A stretch of 43,697 bases of DNA from assembly GCF_004010195.1 (NCBI RefSeq), contig NC_057753.1, positions 11,491,179-11,534,875 of the forward strand. Reading direction: 5' to 3'. Below the pieces are notes generated by a model. The model worked only from the letters and a program-made list of their open reading frames with translations. It did not search any database and had not been told where the DNA came from. This document shows, in pieces, positions 10,983 through 21,081 of the stretch. Every line of letters begins with the position of its first letter. Positions within the stretch are counted from its first letter, which is position 1. The position numbers and the translations under genes are program-made. Origin of the DNA: Chiloscyllium plagiosum. Lineage: Eukaryota.

Positions 10983-11778
10983 GTTCGGAAGAAGGCCAGA
11001 CATGAGTTGCTTTCCAGATGAAGCAGGAGGGTGAATCCGAATCGCCCGGGCCCTGCTCCGGCCCCCAGCCCCTTTGGGATTCGGTCACAGATGTGCACCA
11101 GCGACAAGGTCAGGCACTCTCTTCAAGAGGAGCAACAGCAAGGATGAGCCCCGCGGTTGGAGGGGGGCGGCAGGAGGTCCCCAAACCCGATGGTGCTACC
11201 GGACTCCGTGTCGACGGGCGGGGGGGGGGGGGCGGATAAGGCGGGAGTGGGACAGAGTCTTTCAGGAGCTGTCAGCGAGAGCAAGGACTTCTCCGAACCC
11301 CCCTCCCGGGGAGGCCAGCAATTGGAGTTTGACCCTCATCCGAGGAGGGACATATACCTCTGTCCCTCCTCCTGGGCCCCCACCGATACAAGAGACTGCT
11401 GCTCGGTGTCAGATTTCCGCACACGGTTTGCATTCAGTGATACAAGGGGACCCCAGTGTCTCCAAGGGGGGGATTGGAGTAGATGGATAGGAACGTGGCT
11501 GGGATTAGTATTGACTCGAGCAGGACGTACGGTCTGTCGGAGACAAACTACTCGCTGGCTGTGGCACTGCTAACTCACGAGCGGTGAAATCAACCCCAGC
11601 CGGGGAAAAAAAAAGCAACAAAATTACGTTGGACTGGGATGTGACTGGCAATTTGTAATCGCAAATTGCTTAGTGAGTTGTGGTTTGTTCAATTTGTTCA
11701 CAAACTCTCTGGCACTCGCTTTGTAAATGTGCAACAGTAGAATATGTGTGTTTCCTCTGGTTCAGAGGAGGTGGTCAT

Positions 11779-12230
11779 GGCGGCTCAGTGGTTAGCACCG
11801 CTGCCTCACGGCGCCAGGGACCCTGGTTCGATTCCAGCCTCGGACCAACTGTCTGTCTGTGTGGAGTTTGCACATTCTGCCATGCTAAAGGTTAGGGTGG
11901 ATTGTCTGTGCTAAATTACCAGTAGTGCCCAGGGATGTGCAAGTTAGGGTGAGTTGGCCATGCTCAGTTGCCCTGTAGCATCCAGGGATGTGTAGGTCAG
12001 GGTGGATTGGCCATGCTAAACTACCCATAGTGCCCAAGTATGTACAGGTTAGAGTGGATTGGCCATGCTAAATTACCAATAGTGCCCAAGGATGTGCAGG
12101 TTAGGTGAGTCAGCCGTGGTTAAAAACCCCATGAGGGGTTACGGAAAGGGATGGGATGCTCTTCAGTGGGTCCTTGCAGTCTCAGTGGGCTGAATGGCCT
12201 ACATCCGGACTGTAGGATTCTACAATTCTA
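11779..12230 (+). mobile_element. HE1-type tRNA SINE with an internal ~50-bp tandem expansion
   Basis: GGCTCAGTGGTTAGC A-box and GGTTCGATTCC B-box; about 5 copies of GGTTAGGGTGGATTGGCCATGCTAAATT...GGATGTGCA. Confidence 0.8.
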
Positions 12231-12329
12231 TGTGGTTGCAATGGGGATCAGAGCTGGGTACTAAATATCCAAGGCGGGCAGATAGGGCAAACCCGTAGGC
12301 GAGAAATTACATCAATAGCAAGACGTGAT

Positions 12330-12705
12330 ATAGAGTCATAGAGATGCTCAGCACCGAAACAGACCCTTCAGTCCAACTCGTTCACGTCGACCAGATATCC
12401 CTAAATTAGTCTGGTTTATCAGCATTTGGCCCATATCCCACCAAACTCTTCCTAGTCATGTTCCCATCCAGATGCCTTTTAAATGCTGTAATTGTACCAG
12501 CCTCCATCACTTCCTCTGGCAGCTCATGTCAGACACACACCACCCTCTGCGTGAAATAGTTGCCCCCCGCCCCCCCCCCTTCCCCCAGGTCCCTTTTAAA
12601 TCTTTCCCCTCTCACTCCCACCCTATGGTCCTCTAGTTCTGGACTCCCCTACCCCTGGGGAAAGTCTTTGTCTGTTTATCCTATCCCTGCCCCTCACAAT
12701 TATAT
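12330..12705 (-). mobile_element. CR1 3' fragment
   Basis: Reverse complement of the CR1 terminal region seen at 14054-14355. Confidence 0.75.
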
Positions 12706-12882
12706 GAACCAGAGTCAGAAGACGTAGAATCTGTGTGGGTAGAGTTCAGGAACTACGAAAGAAAAAAGAAGACAGTGATGGGAGTCAGGATGCGGGGAAG
12801 AAAATAAATCCAAGGATTAAAAAGGCATGTAAGAAAAGCACTATTACAATAATCACAGGGGACCTCAATATCATCAATCACA

Positions 12883-13160
12883 GGCGGCTCAGTGGTTAGC
12901 ACCGCTGCCTCACAGCACCAGGGACCCAGGTTCGATTCCAGTCTCGGGCGACTGTCTGTGTGGAGTTCGGACATTCTCCCCGTGTCTGCGTGGGTTTCCT
13001 CCAGTCTCCTCTCACAACCCAAACATGTGCGGGTCAGGTGAATTGGCCATGCTAAATTGCCCATGAGTCAGAGGGAATTGGGTCTGGGTGGGTTGCCCTT
13101 CGGCGGGTCGGTGCGGGGCCGAAGGGCCTGTTTCCAACCATGTAGGGAATCTAATCTAAT
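12883..13160 (+). mobile_element. HE1-type SINE
   Basis: A and B boxes; tail GGGCCTGTTTCC...TAGGGAATCTAATCTAAT. Confidence 0.85.
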
Positions 13161-13592
13161 AATATATGCAGGTGGGCTGGGGAAAATCAGTTTGATAGCA
13201 GATCTCAAGAAAAGAAGTTCACGGAATGGGATTTTGGAACAGCTTGTGGTAGAGCCCACCAGGGAACCGGCGATTCTGGATTTGGTGATGCCTAACGAGG
13301 CAGACTTGATTAGGGAGCTTAAGTTGAAGGAACCCCTCTGGGGGAGAAACTGTAATACAAGAGAATTCCCCCTGCCTTTTGAGAGGGAGAAGCTGGAATC
13401 AGATATAACCGTCTTACAACGAGTACAGGTAACTCCAAAGACATGAGAGAGGAGCTGCCCAGAGTTGATTGGGAGGGGGAGCCAAACAGGGACGATGGTG
13501 GAGCAGTAAGGGCAGGGATTTCTGGGGATAATATCGAAGGCACAGCAGAAATTCATCCCAAGGAAGACGAAACATACTAAGGGGAGGATAAG

Positions 13593-13787
13593 CGCAGCAG
13601 GTCAGGCAGCATCCAGGGAACAGGAGAATCGACGTTTCGGGCATAAGCCCTTCTTCTTATGCCTGAAGAAGGGCTTATGCCCGAAATGTCGATTCTCCTG
13701 TTCCCTGGATGCTGCCTGACCTGCTGCGCTTTTCCAGCAACACATTTCCAGCTCTGATCTCCAGCATCTGCAGACCTCACTTTCTCC
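13593..13787. mobile_element. Family A fold-back hammerhead element
   Basis: Inverted arms centred near 13660; core CTGAAGA-A-GGGC-TTAT-GCCC-GAAATGTC at 13663-13690; 16-bp TSD CTAAGGGGAGGATAAG at 13577-13592 and 13787-13802. Confidence 0.9.
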
Positions 13788-13904
13788 TAAGGGGAGGATA
13801 AGGCAACTACGGCTGACAAGAGAAGCCAAAGTCAACATAAAAGTAAAAGAAAAAGCACGCAATGTGTTGGTGATAAGTGGAAAGCCTTTAAACACCAGCA
13901 GACG

Positions 13905-14855
13905 ACAACCTTTATTGGTCAGAGTATTGAGTACAGGAGTTGGGAGGTCATGTTGTGGCTGTACANNNNNNNNNNNNNNNNNNNNNNNNNNNNNNNNNNN
14001 NNNNNNNNNNNNNNNNNNNNNNNNNNNNNNNNNNNNNNNNNNNNNNNNNNNNNTCCAGAACTAGAGGGCATAGGTTTAGGGTGAGAGGAGAAAGATATAA
14101 AAGAGACCTAAGGGGCAACATTTTCACGCAGAGGGTGGTACGTGTGTGGAATGAGCCGACAGAGGAAGTGGTGGAGGCTGGCACAATTACAGCATTTTAA
14201 AAGGCATCTGGATGAGTATTTGAATAGGAGGGATATGGGGTATGAAATTGGAGGGATAGGTGGGTGCTGGCAGGTGGGACTAGATTGGGTTGGGATATCT
14301 GGTCAGCATGGGCAAGTTGGACTGAAGGGTCTGTTTCCGTGCTGTACATCGCTATGGCTTAATAACTTTAAAAAAAAATCATAGAGCAGAGGATGTGGAA
14401 GCGTTGAAAAGGGTGCAGAGGAGATTTACCAGGATGATGCCTGGTATGGAGGGAAGGTCTCATGAGGGATTTTAGGCTGTTTTCCTTAGAGAGAATAAGG
14501 TTAAGAGGTGACTTAATAGCAACGTACAAGATGATCAGAGGATCACATAAAGTGGACAGTGAGAGTCTTTTTCCTTGGATGGTGATGGCTAGCACGAGGG
14601 GACATAGCTTTAAATTGAGGGGTGATAGATATAGGACAGATGTCAGAGGTAGGTTCTTTACACAGAGAATAGTAAGGGTGTGGAACGCCCTGCCTGCAAA
14701 AATAGACTTGCCAAAATTAAGGGCCTTTAAATGGTCATTGGATAAACATATGGATGATAATGGAATAATGTGGATTAGATGGGCTTCAGATTGGTTTTAC
14801 AGTTCGGCACAACATCGAGGGCCGAAGGGCCTGTACTGCGCTGTTATGTTCTACA
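13905..14855 (+). mobile_element. Two consecutive CR1 3' fragments
   Basis: TRGHRFRVRG...FTQRVVRVWN and RLRGDLIATYK...TRGHSFKLRG...FFTQRIVRVWNALP C-terminal motifs. Confidence 0.85.
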
Positions 14856-14924
14856 TGAGGGTAAGCTAGCTAGTAATATAAAAGAAGATCGCAAGAATTT
14901 TTTAAAAGATCTATTAAAGGTAAC

Positions 14925-15688
14925 CATGCTGTGGAGGTGCTGGTGTTGGACTGGGGTAAACAAACTTAAAAATCACACAACACCAGGTTATAGTCCGTCA
15001 GGTTTATTTGGAAGCACTAGCTTTCGGAGCGCCGCTCTTTCGTCAGATAGCTAGCGGGACAGGATCATAAGACACAGAATTTAGAGTAAAAGATCACTGT
15101 CATATAATTGAAATGAAACCTGCAATCCATTCTAAAAGATGAAAAACGTAACAGTATCGCATGCACACACACATTCTCCTTCTCTACCCCTCTCTCTCTC
15201 ACACATACACACAAGTCTGTGGGGTGAATTTGCATTTGAAGAATTATATTAGCAGATACATCCTATTTTTGCTCAAAAAGCGCACAACCTGCAGGTAGTC
15301 AATTATGTATAACATTTTATCAATTCCTACTTTGGAGATCGACCCAGTCTGACTCTAAATTGGGATACAGACAGACTCGAACCAACCTGTAATGCATTGT
15401 CTGAGCTGAGATGTTACTTTTTTTTTTACAAAACCTTAAGTTATCTCAAGAATGTGACTTAAAAGTAGTTCTGGGATTTACATATTAATGAACCGAAACC
15501 TGCAACCCATTCTAAAAGATGAAGGACTTAACAGCAATCAAGGTTTGTTCAATATATTGTTTCAATTGCATGACACTGTGAGCTTTTGCTATAAATTCTG
15601 TGTCTTATGATCCTGATGAAGGAGCAGCGCTCGTCCTTCCAAATAAACCCTGTTAGACTTTAACCTGGTGTTGTGTGATTTTTAACCT
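14925..15688. mobile_element. Family B element with inverted arms
   Basis: 14968-15115 is the inverse of about 15560-15686; TSD TAT(T/A)AAAGGTAA at 14912-14923 and 15689-15700. Confidence 0.85.
15015..15049 (-). ncRNA. Minimal hammerhead ribozyme motif (family B)
   Basis: Minus strand UAU-CUGACGA-A-AGAGC-GGC-GCUCC-GAAAGCUA|GUG; palindromic AGCU stem III; 3-bp stem I. Confidence 0.65.
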
Positions 15689-15804
15689 TATAAAAGGTAA
15701 GGGTGAGGCAAGAGTGTATATGAGGCAGGAGAAATATTAATGGGGAATGAAGAAATGGTGGAGGAATTTCTATTTTCTGATGACATTGGCATTTAAGATT
15801 TGAC

Positions 15805-16042
15805 AGAGTCTAGATTAGAGTGGTTCTGGAAAAGTACAGCGGGTCAGGAAGCATCCGAGGAGCAGGAAAATCGACATTTCAGGCAAAAGCCCTTCATCAG
15901 GGATGGACATTTCTGATAAAGGGCTTTTGCCCGAACCGTCGATTTTCCTGCTCCTCGGATGCTGCCTGACCCGCTGTACTTTTCCAGAACCACTCTAATC
16001 TAGATTCTTGTTTCCAGCATCTGCAGTCCTCGGTTTTACCCC
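15805..16042. mobile_element. Family A (variant subfamily) fold-back element
   Basis: Inverted arms centred near 15906; minus-strand core CTGATGA-A-GGGC-TTTT-GCCT-GAAATGTC; TSD TTTAAGATTTGAC at 15792-15804 and 16043-16055, repeated again at 16059. Confidence 0.88.
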
Positions 16043-16289
16043 TTTAAGATTTGACCCCTTTAAGATTTGACAGACTGTTTCCTAAGCAAGGGTGATTCGT
16101 TTGAGATTTTCCCCACCGGATTAAAAAGTCTAGCCCAGCTACAGGGATGATTTAACATCAGAAATAAACCACAGCTGTCAGCCTGAACATGGTTCAAATT
16201 TGGATATCATTGACAGCAGCAACGTCATCTTTGCTCAGTTCCCGGAGTCAAATGTGAACATTTGTCCATTGGAAACTTTCCCTGGTGTT

Positions 16290-16885
16290 GAGCCTAAGAG
16301 CTGGCAAGTCATGTTAAAATTGTACAAGACTTTGGTTCGGCTGCATTTAGAATACTGTGTACAGTTCTGGTCACCACATTACCAAATGGATGTGGTCGCT
16401 TTGGAGAGGGTGTAGAGAAGGTTTATGAGGATATTGTCTGGTGTGGAAGGTGCGAGCTATATAGAAAGGTTGAGTGGATTGGGTTTATGTTCATTAGAAA
16501 AAAGAAGATTGAGGGGGAACCCTGATTGAGGTTTACCAAATCATGAAGGGTCTAGACAGGGTGGATAGAGACAAGCATTTTCCCAGGGTGAAGGATTCAA
16601 TAATGAGAGGTCACACTTTCAAGGTGAGAGGTGGAAAGTTTAAGGGGGATATACGCAGCAAATACTTTACACAGAGGGTGGTAGGTGTCTGGAACGCGTT
16701 GCCAGCGGAGGTGGTCGAAGCAGGCACGGTAGATTCATTTAAGATGCGTCTGGACAGATGCATGAGTAGGTGGGGAGCAGAGGGTGCTTAGGAGTTGGGT
16801 GACAGATTTAGACAGTGGATTTGGATTGGCTCAGGCTCGGAGGGCCGAAGGGCCTGTTCCTGGGCTGTACATTTTCTTTGTTCTT
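16290..16885 (+). mobile_element. CR1 3' fragment
   Basis: [29 protein letters not shown]...YFTQRVVGVWNALP. Confidence 0.85.
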
Positions 16886-17255
16886 TGAAAATGGGATGAG
16901 TGAGTGAATCCTGTGGCTCACGCCAAACATGCTGCTCCCTAATATGGGTTTGTTGGCAGAGTTACTGAAGTCCTTCCCACATTTAAATGACCTTTCTCCA
17001 ATCTGAAGGGACAGGTTTGCCAGCATGTTGGCTTATGGAGTGAATTTCTGCCCACAGATCTGGACGGCTATATGAATAGGAAAGGTTTAGAGGCGTGTGG
17101 GCCAAATGTTGGCAAATGGGACTAGATTAATTTAGGATATCTGTTTGGTATGAACGAATTGGACTGAAGGACTGTTGCCATGCTGTACAGCGCTATTGCT
17201 CTGAGACGGAGCAGATGTGATTGAGCTCAATGAATGAATGTACCGTTCCCACAGT

Positions 17256-17665
17256 TAAGAATCACACCACTCCAGGTTATAGTCCAACGGGTTAATTTGG
17301 AAGCACTAGCTTTCCAGAGCACTGTTCTTTTATCAGGTAACTGTGGAGCAGGATCACCAAGACACAGAATGTATAGCAAAAGATGTCGGTGTCATGTAAT
17401 TGAAGTGAAACCTGCAACCCATTCTAAACGATGAAAGACTTAACAGCATCACATGCGCACACACACACACACTCTCTCTCTCTCTCTCTCCCCTACATGT
17501 GTGCATGTGCACACACACACACAAAAGTGAATTTGCATTTGCAGAATGAAGGAGCAGCGCTCCAAAAGCTAGTGCTTCCAAATAAATCTGTTGGACTATA
17601 ACCTGGTGTTTGTGTGATTTTTCACTTTGTCCGCCCCAGACCAACACTGGCTCTTCCACATCATG
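17256..17665. mobile_element. Family B element with inverted arms
   Basis: 17256-17335 is the inverse of 17546-17625; degenerate hammerhead cores in both arms; TSD TTCCCACAGT at 17246-17255 and 17668-17677. Confidence 0.85.
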
Positions 17666-17954
17666 CCTTCCCACAGTGTGGACACGCTGGTGTCACAGCA
17701 AGATAGAGGCATCTCGGAACCTCTTCCCCACAAGCAGTCAAAGGGCAACCTCACTGGTGTCGAAGTGGGACAGATGAGCGAGTGAATCCTTTACGATATA
17801 CATTGCAGGTGAACAGCTTATGCCCTGTGTGGCCATGTGGTTGAGTTTACTGTTTGGTGATTTCCCCAGAATCCCCCCTCCTGCCATATTCATACAGCTC
17901 ATTCCAAGTCTGGTTACAGTTGTCCATCACCAGGCTTTGGTGAGCAGTTCATTG

Positions 17955-18210
17955 TATTCATAGTAATAGAAGCAGGAGTGGGCCATTTGGCCCGTCCAGC
18001 CGCTCCCCCATTCATTAAGATCACAGCTGATCTATCCATTGTCTCAGCTCCTCCTCCCTGCATTATCCCCATAGCCCTCAATTCCCCTATAATGCAAAAA
18101 CCCATCACTGTGTCGTGAATATATTTACGAAGCTGCATCTACCGCTTCCTTGGGCAGAGAATTCCATAGATTCACTACTCTCTGGGAAAAGCAGTTCCTC
18201 CTCATCTATG
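17955..18210 (-). mobile_element. CR1 3' fragment
   Basis: Minus-strand GGGCCAAATGGCCCACTCCTGCTTCTATT tail. Confidence 0.65.
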
Positions 18211-18764
18211 TCCTCTTATTGATATCTTGTAGCACAGCCAAACCACATTCCAGCTGATTAAGTGATACTGTGGGATCATGAAAAGATGTTTACTGTATAG
18301 TCATTCCTGCTGTAATGGGAGGTTATGAAACACAGCTCTGTAAATAAAGGATACAAACCCAGAACTGTCCATTCCAGGTGTCCAAATTCTTACTGAGAAA
18401 AACTCACTTTCGATCTGAAGACTTAACTTTTTGTCCTTCCTCCGCAGATGATGCCACACTTTTATTATTAGGGCTTAACTGGGCGGCGTAATTTTAAGGT
18501 GAAAGGAGAAAGATTTAAATGGGACCGGAGGGGCAGTTTTTTCAACCAGATGGTGAAGTGCTTGAAGCAGGTATAGTTACAGCATGTAAAAAAAAAAATG
18601 TGGACCAGTAGGAAAGGTTTGGAGGGATACGGGCTAAGCGCAGGCAGGTGGCACTAGCTTAGTTTAGGAAACTCGGTCGGCATGGATGAGTTGGACCAAA
18701 GGCTCTGCTTCCGGTCTGTGTGACTCTGTGCCTGAGGCAATGAACTGTTTTGCTAAGGAGATGT

Positions 18765-19340
18765 TGGCACAGTGGTTTACACTGCTGCCTTCACAGCGCC
18801 AATGAGTCATGTGGAGTTTGCAATATTTCCTTCCACGTCTACATGGATTTCCTCTGGGTGCTCTGGTTCCCTCCCACAGTGGAGAAAGTGAGGGCTGCAG
18901 ATGCTGGAGATCAGAGCTGAAAATGTGTTGCTGGAAAAGCGCAGCAGGTCAGGGGATTTCCTCTGGGTGCTCTGGTTCCCTCCCACAGTGGAGAAAGTGA
19001 GGGAGTGCAGATGATGGAGATCAGAGCTGAAAATGTGTTGCTGGAAAAGCGCAGCAGGTCAGGCGGCATCCAGGGAACAGGAGAATCGACGTTTCGGGTT
19101 CCTGAAGAAAGAGCTTATGCCCGAAACGTCGATTCTCCTGTTCCTTGGATGCTGCCTGACCTGCTGCGCTTTTCCAGCAACACGTTTTCAGCTTCCCTCC
19201 CACAGTCCAAGGATGTGCAGTTTAAATGGATAGGCCATGCTAAAGAATTGCCCCCTAGTGTCTGCAAATGTGCAGGTTAGGTGGGTTACCCATGCTTAAA
19301 AACCCAACGTGGGGTTACGGAATGGGTGTGGGATGCAGAC
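18765..19340 (+). mobile_element. HE1-type SINE interrupted by a family A palindrome
   Basis: GGCACAGTGGTTTACACTGCTGCC head; SINE body resumes at CTCCCACAGTCCAAGGATGTGCAG after 19192. Confidence 0.75.
18990..19192. mobile_element. Family A fold-back hammerhead element
   Basis: Inverted arms centred near 19100; perfect 14-bp TSD TTCCCTCCCACAGT at 18976-18989 and 19193-19206; left junction duplicated (109 bp, 18845-18953). Confidence 0.88.
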
Positions 19341-21075
19341 TCATAGAGATATGCAGCATAGAAACAGACCCTTTGATCCAACTTGACCACGCTGACCAGA
19401 TATCCTCTATTAATCAAGTCTCATTTGCCAGCACTTAGCCCGAATCCCTTTAAATCCTTCCTGCTCATGCACATGTCCAGATACCTTTTAAATGTTGTAG
19501 TTGTACCAGCCTCCACCACTTCCTCTGGCAGCACATTCCATCCACACATCACCCTCTGCGCAAATAAGCTGCTACTTTGGTTCCTTTTAAATCTTTCCCC
19601 TCTCACCTTAAACCCATACCCTTTTNNNNNNNNNNNNNNNNNNNNNNNNNNNNNNNNNNNNNNNNNNNNNNNNNNNNNNNNNNNNNNNNNNNNNNNNNNN
19701 NNNNNNNNNNNNNNNNNNNNNNNNNNNNNNNNNNNNNNNNNNNNNNNNNNNNNNNNNNNNNNNNNNNNNNNNNNNNNNNNNNNNNNNNNNNNNNNNNNNN
19801 NNNNNNNNNNNNNNNNNNNNNNNNNNNNNNNNNNNNNNNNNNNNNNNNNNNNNNNNNNNNNNNNNNNNNNNNNNNNNNNNNNNNNNNNNNNNNNNNNNNN
19901 NNNNNNNNNNNNNNNNNNNNNNNNNNNNNNNNNNNNNNNNNNNNNNNNNNNNNNNNNNNNNNNNNNNNNNNNNNNNNNNNNNNNNNNNNNNNNNNNNNNN
20001 NNNNNNNNNNNNNNNNNNNNNNNNNNNNNNNNNNNNNNNNNNNNNNNNNNNNNNNNNNNNNNNNNNNNNNNNNNNNNNNNNNNNNNNNNNNNNNNNNNNN
20101 NNNNNNNNNNNNNNNNNNNNNNNNNTTGGTGTCAGCCAGACAATGTGTTGAAGGTGTTAGCCCCCTGTGTTCCCTGTCTGTGCCATTAAGTGTACATGTC
20201 CTGGCCTGATTTGCCTTTCCAAAATTCAGCACCTCACATTTATCTAAATTAAAACTCCATCTGCCACTCCTCAGCCCATTGGCCATCTGATCAAGATCCT
20301 GTTGCATTCTGAAGTAATCTTCTTCGCTTGTCATCAGACCTCAAATTTTGGTGTCATCTGCAAACTTATTAACCACACCTCCTATATATACATTCTATCA
20401 TTTATATAAATTACAAAAAACAGTGGACCCAGCAGTTATCCAGGTTTTAGATCATGGAGTCAAAGTGTTGTACAGCATGGAAACAGACCCTTCAATCCAA
20501 CTCGCCCATGCTGACCAGATATCCTAAATTAATTTAATCCCATTTGCCAGCAGCATTTGCCCCATATCCCTTCAAACCCTTCCTTTTCATATATCCATCC
20601 AGATGCTTTTTAATTATTGTAATTGTACCAGCTCCCACCACTTTCCCTGGCAGCTCGTTCCATTCACACACCACCCTCTGCATGAAAAAGATGTCTCTTA
20701 GGTCCCTTTTAAATCTTTCCCCTCTCATCCTAAACCTATGCTCCTCTACTTTTGGACTCCCCCACCCTAGGGAAAAGACCTTGACTATTCACCTTAACCA
20801 TGCCCCTCATGATTTAGTAAACTTCTATAAACCTCCAGGGAAACAGCCCCAGCCTATTCAGCCTCTCCCTGTAGCCCAAACCCTCCAACCCTGGCATCAT
20901 CCTCGAAAATCTTCTCTGAAACCTTTTCATGTTTCACAACATCTTTCCGATAGGAAGGAGACCAGAATTGCACGCAATATTCCAAAAGTCGCCTAACCAG
21001 TGTCCTGTACAGCTGCAACATGACCTCCCAACTCCCATACCCAATACGCTGACCTATAAAGGCAAGTGTACCAAA
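19340..21075 (-). mobile_element. Stacked CR1 3'/RT fragments around an N gap
   Basis: FAQRVMCGWNVLP; minus-strand KFADDTK near 20345-20366; [19 protein letters not shown]. Confidence 0.8.
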
Positions 21076-21081
21076 CGGTCT

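Larger units (their letters stand above)
12710..13885 (+). mobile_element. Decayed CR1 ORF2 endonuclease region, interrupted by a SINE and a family A palindrome
   Basis: VESVWVEFRN-like segment; ILEQLVVEPTREPAILDLV resembles the APE C-terminal motif. Confidence 0.7.
16075..17870 (-). pseudogene. Heavily decayed ZNF gene remnant split by CR1 and family B insertions
   Basis: Minus-strand finger remnants (GERSFKCGKDFS near 16960-17005; HTGHKLFTC...KGFTRSS near 17770-17835; HQRVHT near 17675-17695); ZNF 3'UTR motif TGAACATGGTTCA at 16184-16196. Confidence 0.6.

Noticed and set aside
12883..12950. tRNA genes at SINE heads
   Set aside because: A and B boxes are present, but they run into SINE bodies with no complete cloverleaf
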